From Octopus sinensis (taxonomy: Eukaryota): a stretch of 64,000 nt of DNA. How positions within the stretch are numbered: the first letter of the stretch is position 1; each line of letters opens with the position of its first letter. The DNA is taken from positions 1-64,000 of the forward strand of contig NW_021832863.1 of NCBI RefSeq assembly GCF_006345805.1. Direction: 5' to 3'. The translations under genes were made by a program, and so were the position numbers. Under the pieces are notes generated by a model, which had not been told where the DNA came from, searched no databases, and worked only from the letters and a program-made list of their open reading frames with translations. Positions 25,645 through 38,724 of the stretch are shown here, piece by piece.

Positions 25645-25830
25645 TTTATTCTTTTACTTGTTTCAGTTGTAGGACCCCGGCCATCTTGGGGTATGAAGGG
25701 TATAACTGATTAAATCTACCATTGTACGTATTTCTAAAGTCTAGTACTTTATTCGACCGAAAACTACCAAACAAACCAACAGCACTTGTCTAACGGTAGA
25801 CGGGGACCAAATACAAAAACAAGCACATGC
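25645..25830 (-). mobile_element. Diverged SINE family A 3' half
   Basis: CTTTTACTTGTTTCAGT end and CTAGTACTT motif. Confidence 0.6.
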
Positions 25831-25831
25831 A

Positions 25832-26455
25832 TACGCGGGGGTAACCACAGGTAACCGGACACGTTCTTTGTGGGACAAATCCGCTGTAGTTCAGGCTTCC
25901 ACCGCTAGAATCCACTTGATGCGACCCTCAGGTATCAGTCTACCGACCGGTGTCGTCTACTGCGGTCTTACTGCCACGTGGTGCATCTTTCGTTTTGCAG
26001 TGCTTCAACTCTGTTCGTCGATTTTTGCGATGGCTGAATCGAAGAAACACTGTACTTCCGTGAAATCTTCTTTTCTGCTGGGGAAAACGGCAGCCGAAAC
26101 AGTTTTCATGCTTCAAACAGCTTAGAAGTTCGCTGCCATGTACAAAACATAGGTTTACGAGTGGTTTTCATGCGTTAGGAATGGGAAATTGTCGCTTGAG
26201 AACCACCCTCTTTCAGGGCGACCGTCGACCGCCCGAACGAAGGAAAACATCATTGAAAATTCATGAACTGATCTTTGAGGACCGTCACCGAACAATTGAC
26301 GAACTTGTTGATATTACTACTGTGTCCTGGAGCTCCTGCAAACGAATTTTGAGCGAAGAATTGCGAATGAAAAGAGTTGCAGCAAAATGTGTGCCTCGCT
26401 TGCTCACAGAAGATCAAAAGCAGTCACGACTGAATGCGTATCGTGAACTGAAACT
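25832..26455 (+). mobile_element. Mariner transposase pseudogene, 5' part
   Basis: LGKTAAETVFMLQTA..VYEWF..SGRPST..EDRHRTIDELV..ILSEELRMKRVAAKCVPRLLTEDQK (HTH domains plus WVPRLL-type motif); stops and frameshift. Confidence 0.92.
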
Positions 26456-27254
26456 CCATGTCTGTGAAGTGAACTTCTTAATGAAGCATGTCTACTTCCA
26501 CAATAAAATTGAACGAGCTCACCTAAACGATAATCTCACCTCAAGAGAATACCTATTAGCGGATAGTTATGAGCGAATAATTATAGACAATTATTGACTG
26601 TTGTCTGTTAGTGCTGCTAACTAATTTGGTTATCCCAAATTCAATATCGAAGTCCCTGCCACATTTATGGACTGTTTTAGTTCAGGAATCTATCTGTTTA
26701 TAAGATTTCCCATAATCTATTCTCTTTTTTTAAATTTTAAATGCCCTGTTATTTGTGGATAACGCTATTTCACCCTTCTTGTGGGCTCATCAGTACAACA
26801 TAACTTGGGATCATGAAATTAGTTGGTCTATTTTCATTAAAAACCTTTAGGAATCATAAACGATTGATTTTCTTTTCTAAAATACACTAATATTTATTCC
26901 AATCGCCGTTCAATAACATTATTCGTATAATTATAAGCCGCTTCTACTGTATGGCTCCTTCGTATAATTATTTCCACATTTCTGTAGTCCATTATTATTG
27001 AATTCATTAATAAATAAAAGATTAAAATTAGGGTATCTGGAGAGATAGGTCAATAGAATTATCAGACGGACAGTCTTCTTAGCGGTATTCCCTTGTGCCA
27101 AAGGCCCAATATAATTTCAGCTTTCACACAAATTCAGCTCGGATGGAATGAATTATATATATATTATTAACTATGTTATGAAGCCGCATTAATAAGAGTG
27201 AAAAATTCAGAAGCGCTTCATTTACTTTAAGTTAATGAATTGACTGTCGTCAGC

Positions 27255-27448
27255 CAGGTTTTTCGTTGTCTAAAGGCTGACCTGAAGCCCAACTTAGGCC
27301 CCCATGTCTACGGCATTCACCGCTGGAATAAAGAGTGGTTGGAGATCATGCGGTCGTTAGCCTCAAATCACCAGGCCTGGTCGGCGTTTGTGAGAGATGC
27401 AGCACTGAGGATGAATGAAGGCAGCTCAACCCACCCCGGGTGAATGCT

Positions 27449-27479
<31 letters not shown>

Positions 27480-27480
27480 A
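27255..27480 (+). mobile_element. RTE-like LINE 3' end with (AAG)n tail
   Basis: WLEIMRSLASNHQAWSAFVRDA..PG* followed by GTGAATGCTG and (AAG)n; terminal motif shared with the 53762 element. Confidence 0.65.
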
Positions 27481-27945
27481 TTAATGAATTCACTTTCTCG
27501 CTCCCGCGGATATAGTTTGGAGAGTGACAAGCCTTGTGAACCTTACTTGTTTAGATATACGAGATAGTCATTCAGTGTTGAAGTCCACGATTTAAAATGT
27601 TTGGGGAACTCACAATTAAGCATTATTCAGCACAGCTGTTGTAGTGAAACTGTGTAGCGTATAACAACTAATCTGATGTTCTCCGCGCCAGCTTTCTGTC
27701 AAAATTTTGAACAGCTTTAAAGTATGGTGATACTATTTCATATGTATTTCCTTTAAAGGCGCAGAGCCATACAGTCATTTTGCTTCGGCTCGCATAGTTT
27801 ATTTCATTCATAAGTACAAGTATCTTCAGAATGCTTTGAATCTTTTTTCGGATAGCCCTATCCAAATAATGCATCTGGAAACATCATTCTAATCAGTTGC
27901 TCTATATTAAACTCTTAAATTGGCTCTACCAAATTGTTTCCAATA

Positions 27946-28176
27946 CCTATTTCTTTACTACCCACAAGGGGCTAAACACAGAGAGGACAAACAAGGACAG
28001 ACAAACGGATTAAATCGATTATAACGATCCCAGTAACTGGTACTTATTTAATCGACCCCGAAAGGGTGAAAGGCAAAGTCGATCTCGGCGGAATTTGAAC
28101 TCAGAACGTAACGGCAGACGAAATACTGCTAAGCATTTCGCCCGGCGTGCTAACGTTTCTGCCAGCTCGCCACCTT
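27946..28176 (-). mobile_element. SINE family B monomer
   Basis: TSD TGT(T/C)TCCAATACCT. Confidence 0.9.
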
Positions 28177-28474
28177 AAAGTGTCTCCAATACCTCCATGA
28201 ACCAAACCATCGCAATTCAAAAGGCCACGTATATGGTCGTTTCTTACAGAGTCAAGGAGTTGCCACTTAACGTGGGAGTTGTTCAGTTAGTGTTAACATA
28301 TCTAATATGATGAACTTTAAATACCTAAATAGAAATACTTGTACGGGAAGTACGAGACGACATTACCTTAAAGGCTAATAATGCTTTCATCTTTTCAATG
28401 TAAGATACATCCTAGGCCATGGTTTGCTATCGTAACATCTCCTTAAGGCGGCGAGTTGGTAGAATTGTTACTGC

Positions 28475-28889
28475 GGATCTTTTCGGTTTGAACGGCAGTC
28501 TTTTCTTGTGGTGTCATATCAAATTGCCACCCATAATTATGATCCTAGTATCGATCTATTGCATTTCAATCTGTTTTAGGGTTAGGGTTAGGGGTGGGAG
28601 GAAGGGTATCTTTTTTTCTTCAGAAATGTAACTAAACCCAATCTGTTTCTTAAACGAGGGACATTTTCATACGGCACAGAATGTTTTTTTTTTACCTCAA
28701 TAGACGTCAGTGATTGGTTGAAATTGCAGAAAAAAAACAACAACAAATATCTTAGAAACTATAGAATTTTCTCAATAAAGCCAAAAGAAAAAGATGTTTT
28801 ATAAACACATTCTACCAGTATACGAAGTTCAAAATTTTTTAGTTATCTAGAAATTATGTTAAAAACTGCCGTTCAAACCGAAAAGATCC
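28475..28889. mobile_element. MITE with 25-bp TIRs and 8-bp TSD (Merlin-like), nested in a diverged family B SINE (28445-29070)
   Basis: TIR GGATCTTTTCGGTTTGAACGGCAGT / ACTGCCGTTCAAACCGAAAAGATCC; TSD GTTACTGC / GTTACCGC. Confidence 0.88.
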
Positions 28890-29214
28890 GTTACCGCTTC
28901 GGACAAAATGTATTGCAGCATTTCTTTCGGCTCTTTACTTTCTGAGTTGGACTTTACCTTTAATCCGTTCGGGGTCGGTAAAATAAGTATCAGTTAAACA
29001 CAGGGTTCGATGTAATTGACTATCCGCCTCCCGTTAAAATTCTTGGCCCTGGGTCAGAATTTGGAACCCTTATTAAATCTCATACGCCAAACAAACTTCA
29101 ATTCCTTCGCCATTAATACAACAACAGTAGCAGCAGCAGCCGAATAAATGTAGTGAAATAAGATTTATACAGATCAGGCTAAGCTAAAATAATCCAGCAT
29201 TACACACTACAGTG

Positions 29215-29548
29215 AAGGCGCATGGATCAGTGGTTAGAACGTCGAGCTTACGATCGTGAGGTTGTGAGCTCGATTCCCGGACCGGGCTGCGTGTTGTGTT
29301 CTTGAGCAAGACACTTTATTTCACGTTGCTGCAGTTCACTCATCTGTAGAAATGAGTTGCAACGTCACAGGTGCCAAGCTGTATCGGCCCCTTTGCCTTT
29401 GCCTTTCCCTTGGACAGCATCAGTGGTGTGGAGAGGGGAGGCCGGTATGCATGGGCGACTGCTGGCCTTCCATAAACAACCTCGCCTGGACTTGTGCCTC
29501 GGGGGGTAACTTTCTAGGTGCAATCATTCATGACCGACGGGGGTCTCC
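29215..29548 (+). mobile_element. SINE, head H2 + tail T1
   Basis: tRNA-like head, TTGTGTTCTTGAGCAAGACACTT core; tail as in the 5030 copy. Confidence 0.88.
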
Positions 29549-29769
29549 CACATACTACAACAGAACACAAAACAATCATAACATTAAGATGTTTGCAGGG
29601 AAACAATGGTCGAATATAAAATGCTGAAATAATTTTTTTTCAGACATCCGGTAGACCCAATAATTTTGTGAGAAATTACACAATTTATAGAAGACAAAAA
29701 CTTCACATAAAGGGCGAATGAATTTACAACACATCACTAGCGACAGCCCACTACGAAAATAGGGGTTTC

Positions 29770-29972
29770 AAATTTTGGTACAAGGCCTGCAATTTTAGGG
29801 AATGGGACAAGGCAATTACATCGAATCCCAGCACTCGGTTTATTTTAGGGGGTCACCGAAAGGATGAAAGACAAAGTTTACCTCGACGGGATTTGAACTC
29901 ACAACGTAAAGAACCGGAAGAAATGTCGCTGAATATTTTTCGGACTCTGTAACGATTCTGCCAGTTCGCTGC
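29770..29972 (-). mobile_element. Diverged SINE family B, alternative tail
   Basis: GAAAGGATGAAAG..GGATTTGAACTC..GATTCTGCCAGTTCGC. Confidence 0.75.
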
Positions 29973-31286
29973 AAAACCAATCCAAAGTAAGGAGGAAATA
30001 TGTCCTAAAACATCTTAAGTCAATCAACGCAAAAACATATATTATGATGCGAGCAAAATAGAAAAAAGAATGAAACCAAGAAAGAAAAAAGGCCCCTTAT
30101 GTAAACAAAAATATCGTCAGCTTGCATGCTTACTGCCGCGTAGATTTAACAAAAGCAATAAATCAGTTTTAAACTGAAAAACCAGGCATTTAAAAGAAAG
30201 AAATGAATATCCATTGAGAAAACTATAATATTTTTGTGGATTGCTTCGAAAAAGAAAGAGAAACAAAATAATGGTAAATATTGAAAGTGCTTATAGGCGT
30301 TATCGATTATAACTCTTCTCAAATGTAATAATATTATCAAAAGGTAATAGATCTTCATAAAATCCTTCCCACCGTCAGAATGTAAAATTTTGTCATGTTT
30401 TCTGCTTTCATTAGTTTCTGCATTCTGATAACGAAATTCGTAATTATTTTCTGTAGACAATAACAATAAAGAAGCCAGAAGCCTTCAAAGTTTCAAATTT
30501 TAGCCAATCAGGAACCAAAGGCTTACCCTGACCTTAACCTTCTGCCTTTATAATCACCCAGAAATTTACAAATTCATTCTTGAAACGCTCGTTTCGCTCA
30601 TTTTGTGAGATAAAAATTTTGTATTTGACGAAGAAGCGAAAATATACGGCTTGCAGCATTTGTTCAAAGAACCTGGCCGGAAAGAAGATACAGACAACAG
30701 ATGGTTATTGTTGCGGTTATGACAACAACAGGCGATAATGCTAATGCTGTTTCAATGAAAGCAGGTCTTTACGATATCCGGTATGTCAGCAATGGAGGTT
30801 TCCGTTTAGCTAAAATTTCAAACATTAAAAACTTGTAACAGTTTTATTGTCAAGTTCTGTAGGCAATGAATGTGGTTTTCGTCATCGACTTTTAAAGGAA
30901 CATCAGTATAAAAAATGGGAAAAATTCTGGGAAAGAATTATAATATCCATCTTTATTTCTCAAACGCATTCATACATGTGACAACCTATATTGATGTTGG
31001 TATCCTTTTATTTTACTGTTATTGAATCTGATTATAAAATGCGAGGTTTTCTTCAGAAACAAAGATTTTTGTTGCCTATTCCAACTCTTTCTCTTTCTTC
31101 TTCCTCTCTACAACGTGGTCCTCGAATCGTATGTTATACTGCATAGCAATGATTCCCAAAGTTGACAATACTGCTACCTTGAAGAAAGGTGGACATGTTT
31201 TCATGGGTTCTGGGGACTGAGGAATCCTAAGGTGGACAAATAATGCAATCGTGTAGTTTGTAAGTCATTGCATCCTATTTAAATTC

Positions 31287-31440
31287 TGGCTGTGTGGTAA
31301 GTAGCTTGCTTACCAACCACATGGTTCCGGGTTCATTCCCACTGCGTGGCATCTTGGGCAAGTGTCTTCCACTATAGCCTCGGGCCAACCAAAGCCTTGT
31401 GATTGGATTTGGTAGACGGAAACTGAAAGAAGACCGTCGC

Positions 31441-31471
<31 letters not shown>

Positions 31472-31637
31472 GTGTCTGTGTGTTGGTGTGTCTGTGTGTG
31501 TTCCCCCACCATCGCTTGACAACCGATGTTGGTGTGTTTACGTCTCCGTAACTTAGCGGTTTGGGAAAAGAGACCGATAGAATAAGTACTAGGCTTCCAC
31601 AGAATAAGTCCTGGGGTCGATTTGTTTGACTAAAGGC
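31287..31637 (+). mobile_element. SINE family A
   Basis: Homology to the 11712 copy. Confidence 0.9.
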
Positions 31638-31706
31638 ACAAACAAACACACACACACACACATACACACACACACATATATATTGGAGAGAGAGAGAGAG
31701 AGAAGT

Positions 31707-31737
<31 letters not shown>

Positions 31738-32477
31738 CGAGCGAAAGAGAGAAGTGAAGGGACTGAGTGAGTGAGGGAAAGAGAGCTCAAATTTCGAAAA
31801 TTTATAACCTCAACTATATATTTTTTTTTCGTAATCTTTTAAGATATTCTGCTGTATTAGGGCGTTCTTGGGTTGAATTTAGGGTATAAAATATGCTATT
31901 TTATGAAATCCACGAATTTCATCCGGCATATTTCACGATTTTCCTGAGGACAGTGGTTCGGTCTTTTATTTTTGAGTTCTGGTCAGCTGAACGTAACACG
32001 AAGTTAACACAAACGTAATTTTGCGTTGTGAATAGAAAATGTTTGAAAACTAATGTCCTTGATGGCGGTTAGGGGATAAAATTACGTTGTATGTAAATGA
32101 ATTCCTCGTCGAGAATCGATTAGATACCGAAATAGCTTTACATTCTGACATTCCTAAGAGTATTGATGGGCGCAGTAGAAAGAGTAGAAGTACGTTTGTA
32201 ATGGAGAAACATGCGAAATGATAATTTAATTTCTGGTATTATTAGCAGATAAATTGCAAATGGAAAACGAAATGTACAGAGCTAATATGCACAAGGAGAG
32301 AAAGTTCTTTGTATATTCCACATTAGGTTAATCTAACAAACCGGACTCGTACAGTTGCTTCTGTATCAATATTTGCTATGTCATCGGAATAACAAAAAAA
32401 AAAAAAATAGAGAAAAAGAAAACCAAATTTGTTTTAGATCTCGTTGCTTTGCTTGGCTCATAGTTCGATATGCGTAT

Positions 32478-32481
<4 letters not shown>

Positions 32482-32540
<59 letters not shown>

Positions 32541-32800
32541 TAAGTGGTGTGTGTGTGTGTGTGTTTGTTTGTGTGTGTGTGTGTATCTGAGCTCTTTCGT
32601 TAACGAGATCATTCTAGTCTATGGTTCTGCGCTTATGTATATATATATATATAATATATATATATATATGTGTGTGTGTGTGTTGTGTGTGTGTGTGTGT
32701 GTTTGTGTATGTGTGCGTGTTTCTGAGCTCTGTCGTTAACGAGATCATTCTGGTCTATGGTTCCACGTCTATGTATATATGTATATGTGTGTATATATAC

Positions 32801-32832
<32 letters not shown>

Positions 32833-32842
32833 ATATATATAT

Positions 32843-32876
<34 letters not shown>

Positions 32877-32882
32877 ATACAT

Positions 32883-32952
<70 letters not shown>

Positions 32953-33010
32953 AATATATATATGTATATGTATGTATGTATATACATTATAAATGTGTGT
33001 GTGTGAGTGA
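32482..33010. repeat. (TA)n/(TG)n complex with a duplicated ~50-bp unique unit
   Basis: CTGAGCTCT.TCGTTAACGAGATCATTCT.GTCTATGGTTC at ~32588 and ~32723. Confidence 0.9.
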
Positions 33011-34277
33011 ATGTTGATATTTGTGTTGATATATTTATGTGCAAGCTAGCATGTATATCTATGTATGTTGGATTGTATTTATTTTCGAATCCGTTCTTGT
33101 TATATAAGTGTCAATATATGTACGTGTAAGTATGTATGTGCGTGTTTATGTGTGTGTGTGCGTGAAGCTTTATTTGGGACATCCGTGTATCTGTTTGCGT
33201 GTGTTTTTGTTTTGATTGAATTATGTAAATGATTGCATGTGCTTGAGTGATTGTTTCTGCATGTGTTTGTGTTTGTGTTTTTACGTAAAAGTGCACACCT
33301 AAGTGCAATATGCGCGCATGTGTTCCTCTTTGGGTGCTGTCGAGAAAGAGGCGATGTAATTTTTCATTTTCAGTCTCAGATCCGTTAGTAAGAAAATAAC
33401 CTCTTAGAACATCGCTGTCATTAAATGTGTTTTAGTCTTGGGGAAATGTTTAAAAACCATCCTCTGCCTTCTGCCGGCCACATCAGCCCGTTCTTCGCTT
33501 CGGTCGATATTTTCCATCAACTAAAGAAAGCTAGATTTTTCCACACTAGCATCCGTTTGTGCACTGATCTTGTAAAGAAATTCACCTCTCAAATAGTTTC
33601 GTATTGATTTCAGAATAAGAATATTATTTATGTCGTTGCTTGGAAATATTTGTTTTCATCGAAATAGTATTTCTTCTCTTCTTCTTTATATCTAATTTAT
33701 TTAGTATTCGATGAACAAAGCTATGCTGAGTAAACACCATAGTGTTACAGATGAAGAAAAAATCTGTAAAGGATGAAAACAAAGTTATTCCCAGAGCACA
33801 AACACTGTATATGCACACATACACACACCCACAGATTCTTGCGTAGACACAAACACATTTATAGACGAAGGAAGGCGCACAAATAGACTTTCCAACTAAG
33901 CGCGCTTTTACTTTCTGTTTACCCAAACAACCCGCACGACATACAACAGTTTCTTTCTCTCCCGCGTTTATTAATTCTAACGAACAATACACCTACCCCC
34001 TCATGCATGCCGACACAAACACACATTAATTCAGTTATACATGCAAACAAACGCAAACATTCTCATTTCTTTCTACCATTTAATTATTAAACTTACACAC
34101 ACACACAGAAACAAACACACAGACACACAGTTTTCATCCAAAACTTAAACAAATTCTCACGATAAACTCACATAAACATTAAAGATAAACTCTAATTCAC
34201 ATACATAAATGCATACATACACACACACATATATACACTTTCATAAATATACATAATTTTCACGTATATATATAACA

Positions 34278-34345
34278 CTATACTTGTTCCACGTCCTCGC
34301 GTTGTTGTGTTTCTCTTTGTGTTTTCATGTTTGGATTAACTATAT
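34278..34345 (+). mobile_element. 3' remnant of the 46845-type pLTR-like repeat, next to (TA)n
   Basis: Shares CACGTCCTCGCGTT with 46981. Confidence 0.5.
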
Positions 34346-34364
34346 ATATTATATGTATATATAT

Positions 34365-34424
<60 letters not shown>

Positions 34425-34848
34425 TTTATATATATACATATTTAATCTTTCATTCTTTTTACAATGTTCACATTTACAAACAGATGTATTGTAAATATTT
34501 TACATCCATCGTGCATTCTCATAAACTCATCTTACACTTTCCAGTTTCCTATGCATTATCCCCCTTGATAGAACCAACAAACAGCGGACTGGTCGACTGT
34601 ATATATTTGTGTTCTTGTCCATGAGACTCAACTACCAACGTCTTAGATATTATGCTTGAATTTCTGAGAAGAGAAATTATCATTATTGTTTAACCGACCA
34701 TTGTGTGTGAGAATAACTCGGTAGCTTGTACCACGATTTCACAAATTACCTTAAGGAGCTTGTACAGTTGTGAGTAGACTTAAATATTCACTGGGACGTC
34801 CCGTAGCTTACAAATAGCTGGGATAATGTACCTCTATTGACTCTCAGC

Positions 34849-34849
<1 letters not shown>

Positions 34850-34905
<56 letters not shown>

Positions 34906-34937
34906 CAGTGAGAGAGATAGAGAGAATGAGAGAGAAA
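34850..34937. repeat. (GA)n microsatellite
   Basis: Directly visible. Confidence 0.95.
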
Positions 34938-35593
34938 GGCATATATATGTGTGTATGCATATAGACATATACATGCACACATATACATATTTATGATGAA
35001 CACTCGCCAAAAACTGCCGGAACCTTGCATGGGACACCATTAATTCAGTTTGCGATGAATGCTGTTGTTCCTGTTTATACAGCAAATATCTGCTTTCCAC
35101 TCTGACGGGTTACTCTTTCTCTCACATTCATTGAGAAAAAACAAACAGAAACAAAACCTTTTACTGAAAACCATTGAACTATTCGATGCAGACTTAAATG
35201 CACCATGCACAGATTTTCTACAAACAACTTGGCTGGATACGACAACCCAAAACAACACCGAAGAAGCTGCGGAGACAAATATCGTCGAAAAATGTAAGCA
35301 AAAATATGATTAGTTGCAGTTATAGAAGCCACGGTAAGTATAAATTACATTTCTTCTGGGGGTCATGAACTCAATAATGACTCCAATAATTGATATGAAA
35401 TGACAAACACTGAAGACCTACTAATGCTCTCCCAACCAACTCACCCATCTCCCTCGGAAGAAAGGGAGGGCTGGGTTGGTGGTGGGGGGGGGCAGGGAGG
35501 GTTGGGTTGGTTGGGTGAGCGTTAATGGTGGTTTCAGGTATTGTACTCTGTGTAAGTTTCCTCTGTTTAATATATAAATATCTATATATATAT

Positions 35594-35776
35594 AGGAGCA
35601 GGATTGGCTGTGTTGTAAGTAGCTTGCCTACCAACCACATGGTTCCGGGTTCAGTGCCACTGCACGGCAACTCGGGCAAGTGTATTCTACTAAAGCCTCG
35701 GGCCGACCAAAACATTGTCAGTGGATCTGGTAGACGGAAACTGAAAGAAGCCCGTCGTATATATGTATATGCAAAT

Positions 35777-35807
<31 letters not shown>

Positions 35808-36013
35808 GTTTGTGTGTTTGTCCCTCCCCAACATCGCTTAACAACCGATGCTGGTGTGTTTACGTCCACTTAACTTAGCGGTTCGGCAAAAGAGACCAAA
35901 AGAATAAGTACTAGGCTTACAAAGAATAGGTTCTGGGGACGATTTGCTCGACTAATGGCGGTGCTCCAGCATGGCCGCAATCAAATGAGTAAAACAAGTA
36001 AAAGAGTAAAGAG
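35594..36013 (+). mobile_element. SINE family A, full length
   Basis: Head, internal microsatellite and GTAAAAGA tail. Confidence 0.9.
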
Positions 36014-36197
36014 TATATGCATATACTTAAATACTCATCGTCTGAAAACCTTCATTCTTTGCTTTCTCTCTGTTCACATATATACAGTTATGTCTATTTC
36101 GTATATCTAATCCAAGCAGCTTTATTTGTTTATTTGCATCATCGTCTACACATACACCCCACCCCACACAAACATATATATATATATATATATTGCT

Positions 36198-36410
36198 CTA
36201 TTGCCCACAAGGGGCTAAAAACAGAGAGGACAAACAAGGACAGACAAACGGATTAAGTCGATCATATCGACCCCAGTGCGTAACTGGTACTTTTTTTTTA
36301 TCCACCCCGAAAGGATGAAAGGCAAAGTCGACCTCGGCGGAATTTGAACTGGGAACGTAAAGACTGACGAAATATCGCGAAGCATTTCGCCCGGCGTGCT
36401 AACGATTCTG
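36198..36410 (-). mobile_element. SINE family B monomer
   Basis: Homology to other family B copies. Confidence 0.88.
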
Positions 36411-36429
36411 GCTTAAATTGTATAGCGAA

Positions 36430-36622
36430 AGGTCTGGTTGGAGCCCCTCCACACCCACCCCTGAAAAAAAACCCCAGTTCTTTTACAGGGCTTAGAAAAA
36501 CTGAAGGACCGCTACAATAAGTACGTGAATCTGAGAGGGGAATATGTCGAACAAAATCATAATTAACTGATCGTTCAGTATTTTATTTTACCAAAAGCCA
36601 GGAACTTTTCAGCAGCAACTCT
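36430..36622 (+). mobile_element. Mariner 3'-end relic
   Basis: GLEKLKDRYNKYVNLRGEYVEQ transposase C-terminus; same family as 8843. Confidence 0.8.
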
Positions 36623-37137
36623 TATTCAGGAAAAAACCAAAACGTTCCTTTTTGATTTAGTTTTATGAATAGAAGGAAATGAACTTCCCTTAGAGCTAGC
36701 TAAATTATTTCACAACAAATCAGTTACGTTAATAAGCAGCATTCACTGAGCACAGGCGGGGGTGCTTCATTGTAATTATAATCTTGGAAGTGTGAAACGG
36801 TGCACAACTATTTGTACGCAAAGATACTTCTGGAATAAAGGTACAATAACAAGGCTGACGCTGCGTGTCGCAACAGAGCAGGTTCTTACGGCTACAACGT
36901 TACCCTGTAGTAGAGCCGAGTGCTTACGTTAAGGTGTCGCTGATTGAGGCAGAAACAACAACAACAATAATAGTATTAGGAAATGGAAGAATGAAGAATA
37001 TAAACAAATGAATTGAATTTTGATTAAAATATTTCGAGAAGCTTTGCAAACTCCCTTCAGAAGGCTGGCCATATTTGGTAAGAATTCACTCAGTTGATGT
37101 ACCGATTGATTAATGACATCAGGGGCGGTAATACATA

Positions 37138-37736
37138 CGGCGAGCTGGCAGAAACGTTAGCAGGCCGGGCGAAATGCTTAGCGGTATTTCGTCTGCCGTT
37201 ACGTTCTGAGTTCAAATTCCGCCGAGGTCGACTTTGCCTTTCATCCTTTTGGGGTCGATTAAATAAGTACCATTTATGTACTGGGGTCGTTGTAATCGAC
37301 TTAATCCGTTTGTCTGTCCTTGTTTGTCCCCTCTGTATTTAGCCCCTTGTGGGTAATAAAGAAATAGGTATTTCGTCTGCCGCTACGTTCTGAGTTCAAA
37401 TTCCTTCGAGGTCGACTTTGCCTTTCATCCTTTCTGGGTCGATAAATTAAGTACCAGTTACGCACTGGGGTCGATATAATCGACTTAATCCGTTCGTCTG
37501 TCCTTGTTTGTTCTCTCTGTGTTTAGCCCCTTGTGGGTAGTAAAGAAATAGGTATTTCGTCTCCTGCTACGTTCTGAATTCAAATTCCGCCGAGGTCGAC
37601 TTTGCCTTTCATCCTTTCGGGGTCGATTAAATAAGTACCAGCTACGCACTGGGGTCGATATAATCGACTAAATCCGTTTGTCTGTCCTTGATTGTCCTCT
37701 CTGTGTTTAGCCCCTTGTGGGTAGTAAAGAAATAGG
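37138..37736 (+). mobile_element. SINE family B trimer
   Basis: One head plus two 184-bp headless units; TSD GGTAATAC(A/T)TAC. Confidence 0.92.
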
Positions 37737-38313
37737 TAATACTTACAAGTTAGTTTGATTTATTTATTTTGTTTTATTTTTGCAAACTACGACTCGTTTT
37801 ATAAGTCCACTCAACAGTTTCTTATCGGAACCTTGTGGATACGGAGGAAGCAAGCAAAAACGAAAACAGTAAACAAATATGATCATGTATTTGGAAAAAG
37901 AGTAAAAGAGAGAAAAAGAAAAGATGGGAGATCTGCCGAAGAACGCCTGTTACGTGATGATGCTTATCACATGAAAACAAACAAATATCTGCGCTTTTCC
38001 TTAACGAAATATAAAAAGTAAAGTGACAATACATGGAGATAGTAAAAAAAAAAAAATATTTGAGTTTAGATTGATCGCTTACAAACAGGGAATCACGGCT
38101 GTCAGTGAGAAACTCTGTTATCAGATAAGAGTAGCTTGAAGGCAAAAAAAAAACCAACAAAAAAACAAAAAAAAAAAACAGTAAAGAGAAGCATGAAACT
38201 CTGTTGAAGCTGATCATTTGTTTACAGAAATATGGGACAGTGAGAAATCGCAGTCATCCTCTTAGGAAAGTACGCATTCATTATGAAGAAGATATCTGAC
38301 GTGAGATAAAGTA

Positions 38314-38724
38314 TTGGGTTGTCCGGAAAGTTCGTGCCGATTTATAATAGCTTACCTTTCGACTTATTTTAGAACATGGTTGAGTCCATAAAATAGGGTT
38401 TGACTACACCTCCATTTAGAGTACAGTTTAAGCTATCTTTTCGTGGAAGAAGGTTTATGTTCCTATAACCTGTGTTAATTCTGTAATCCTTTAAAATGGA
38501 AGATAAGAAAGTTCATTTTCGGCACATGATGCTTTGGGAACCAGACAAAAATTGCTGCAGCTTGGCTGGGATGTGTTACCCCACCCTCCATATTCACCAC
38601 ATATTGCTCCTTCGGATTTCCACTTATTCAGGTCTCTGCAGAATAGTCTTAAGGGTAAAAATTTCAAGTTACTGACTTTTGTGCTTTCCTTTAAAAATCG
38701 GCACGAACTTTCCGGACAACCCAA
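38314..38724 (+). mobile_element. Internally deleted mariner (MITE-sized)
   Basis: Perfect 30-bp TIRs TTGGGTTGTCCGGAAAGTTCGTGCCGATTT; TA on the left; LGWDVLPHPPYSPHIAPSDFHLFRSLQN (YSPDLAP.D motif). Confidence 0.95.

Noticed and set aside
28576-28598. Interstitial telomere or fusion scar
   Set aside because: Only three units, internal to a TIR-bounded MITE
37138-37736. CRISPR-like repeat array
   Set aside because: Contiguous 184-bp SINE units with no unique spacers, in a eukaryotic context without cas genes
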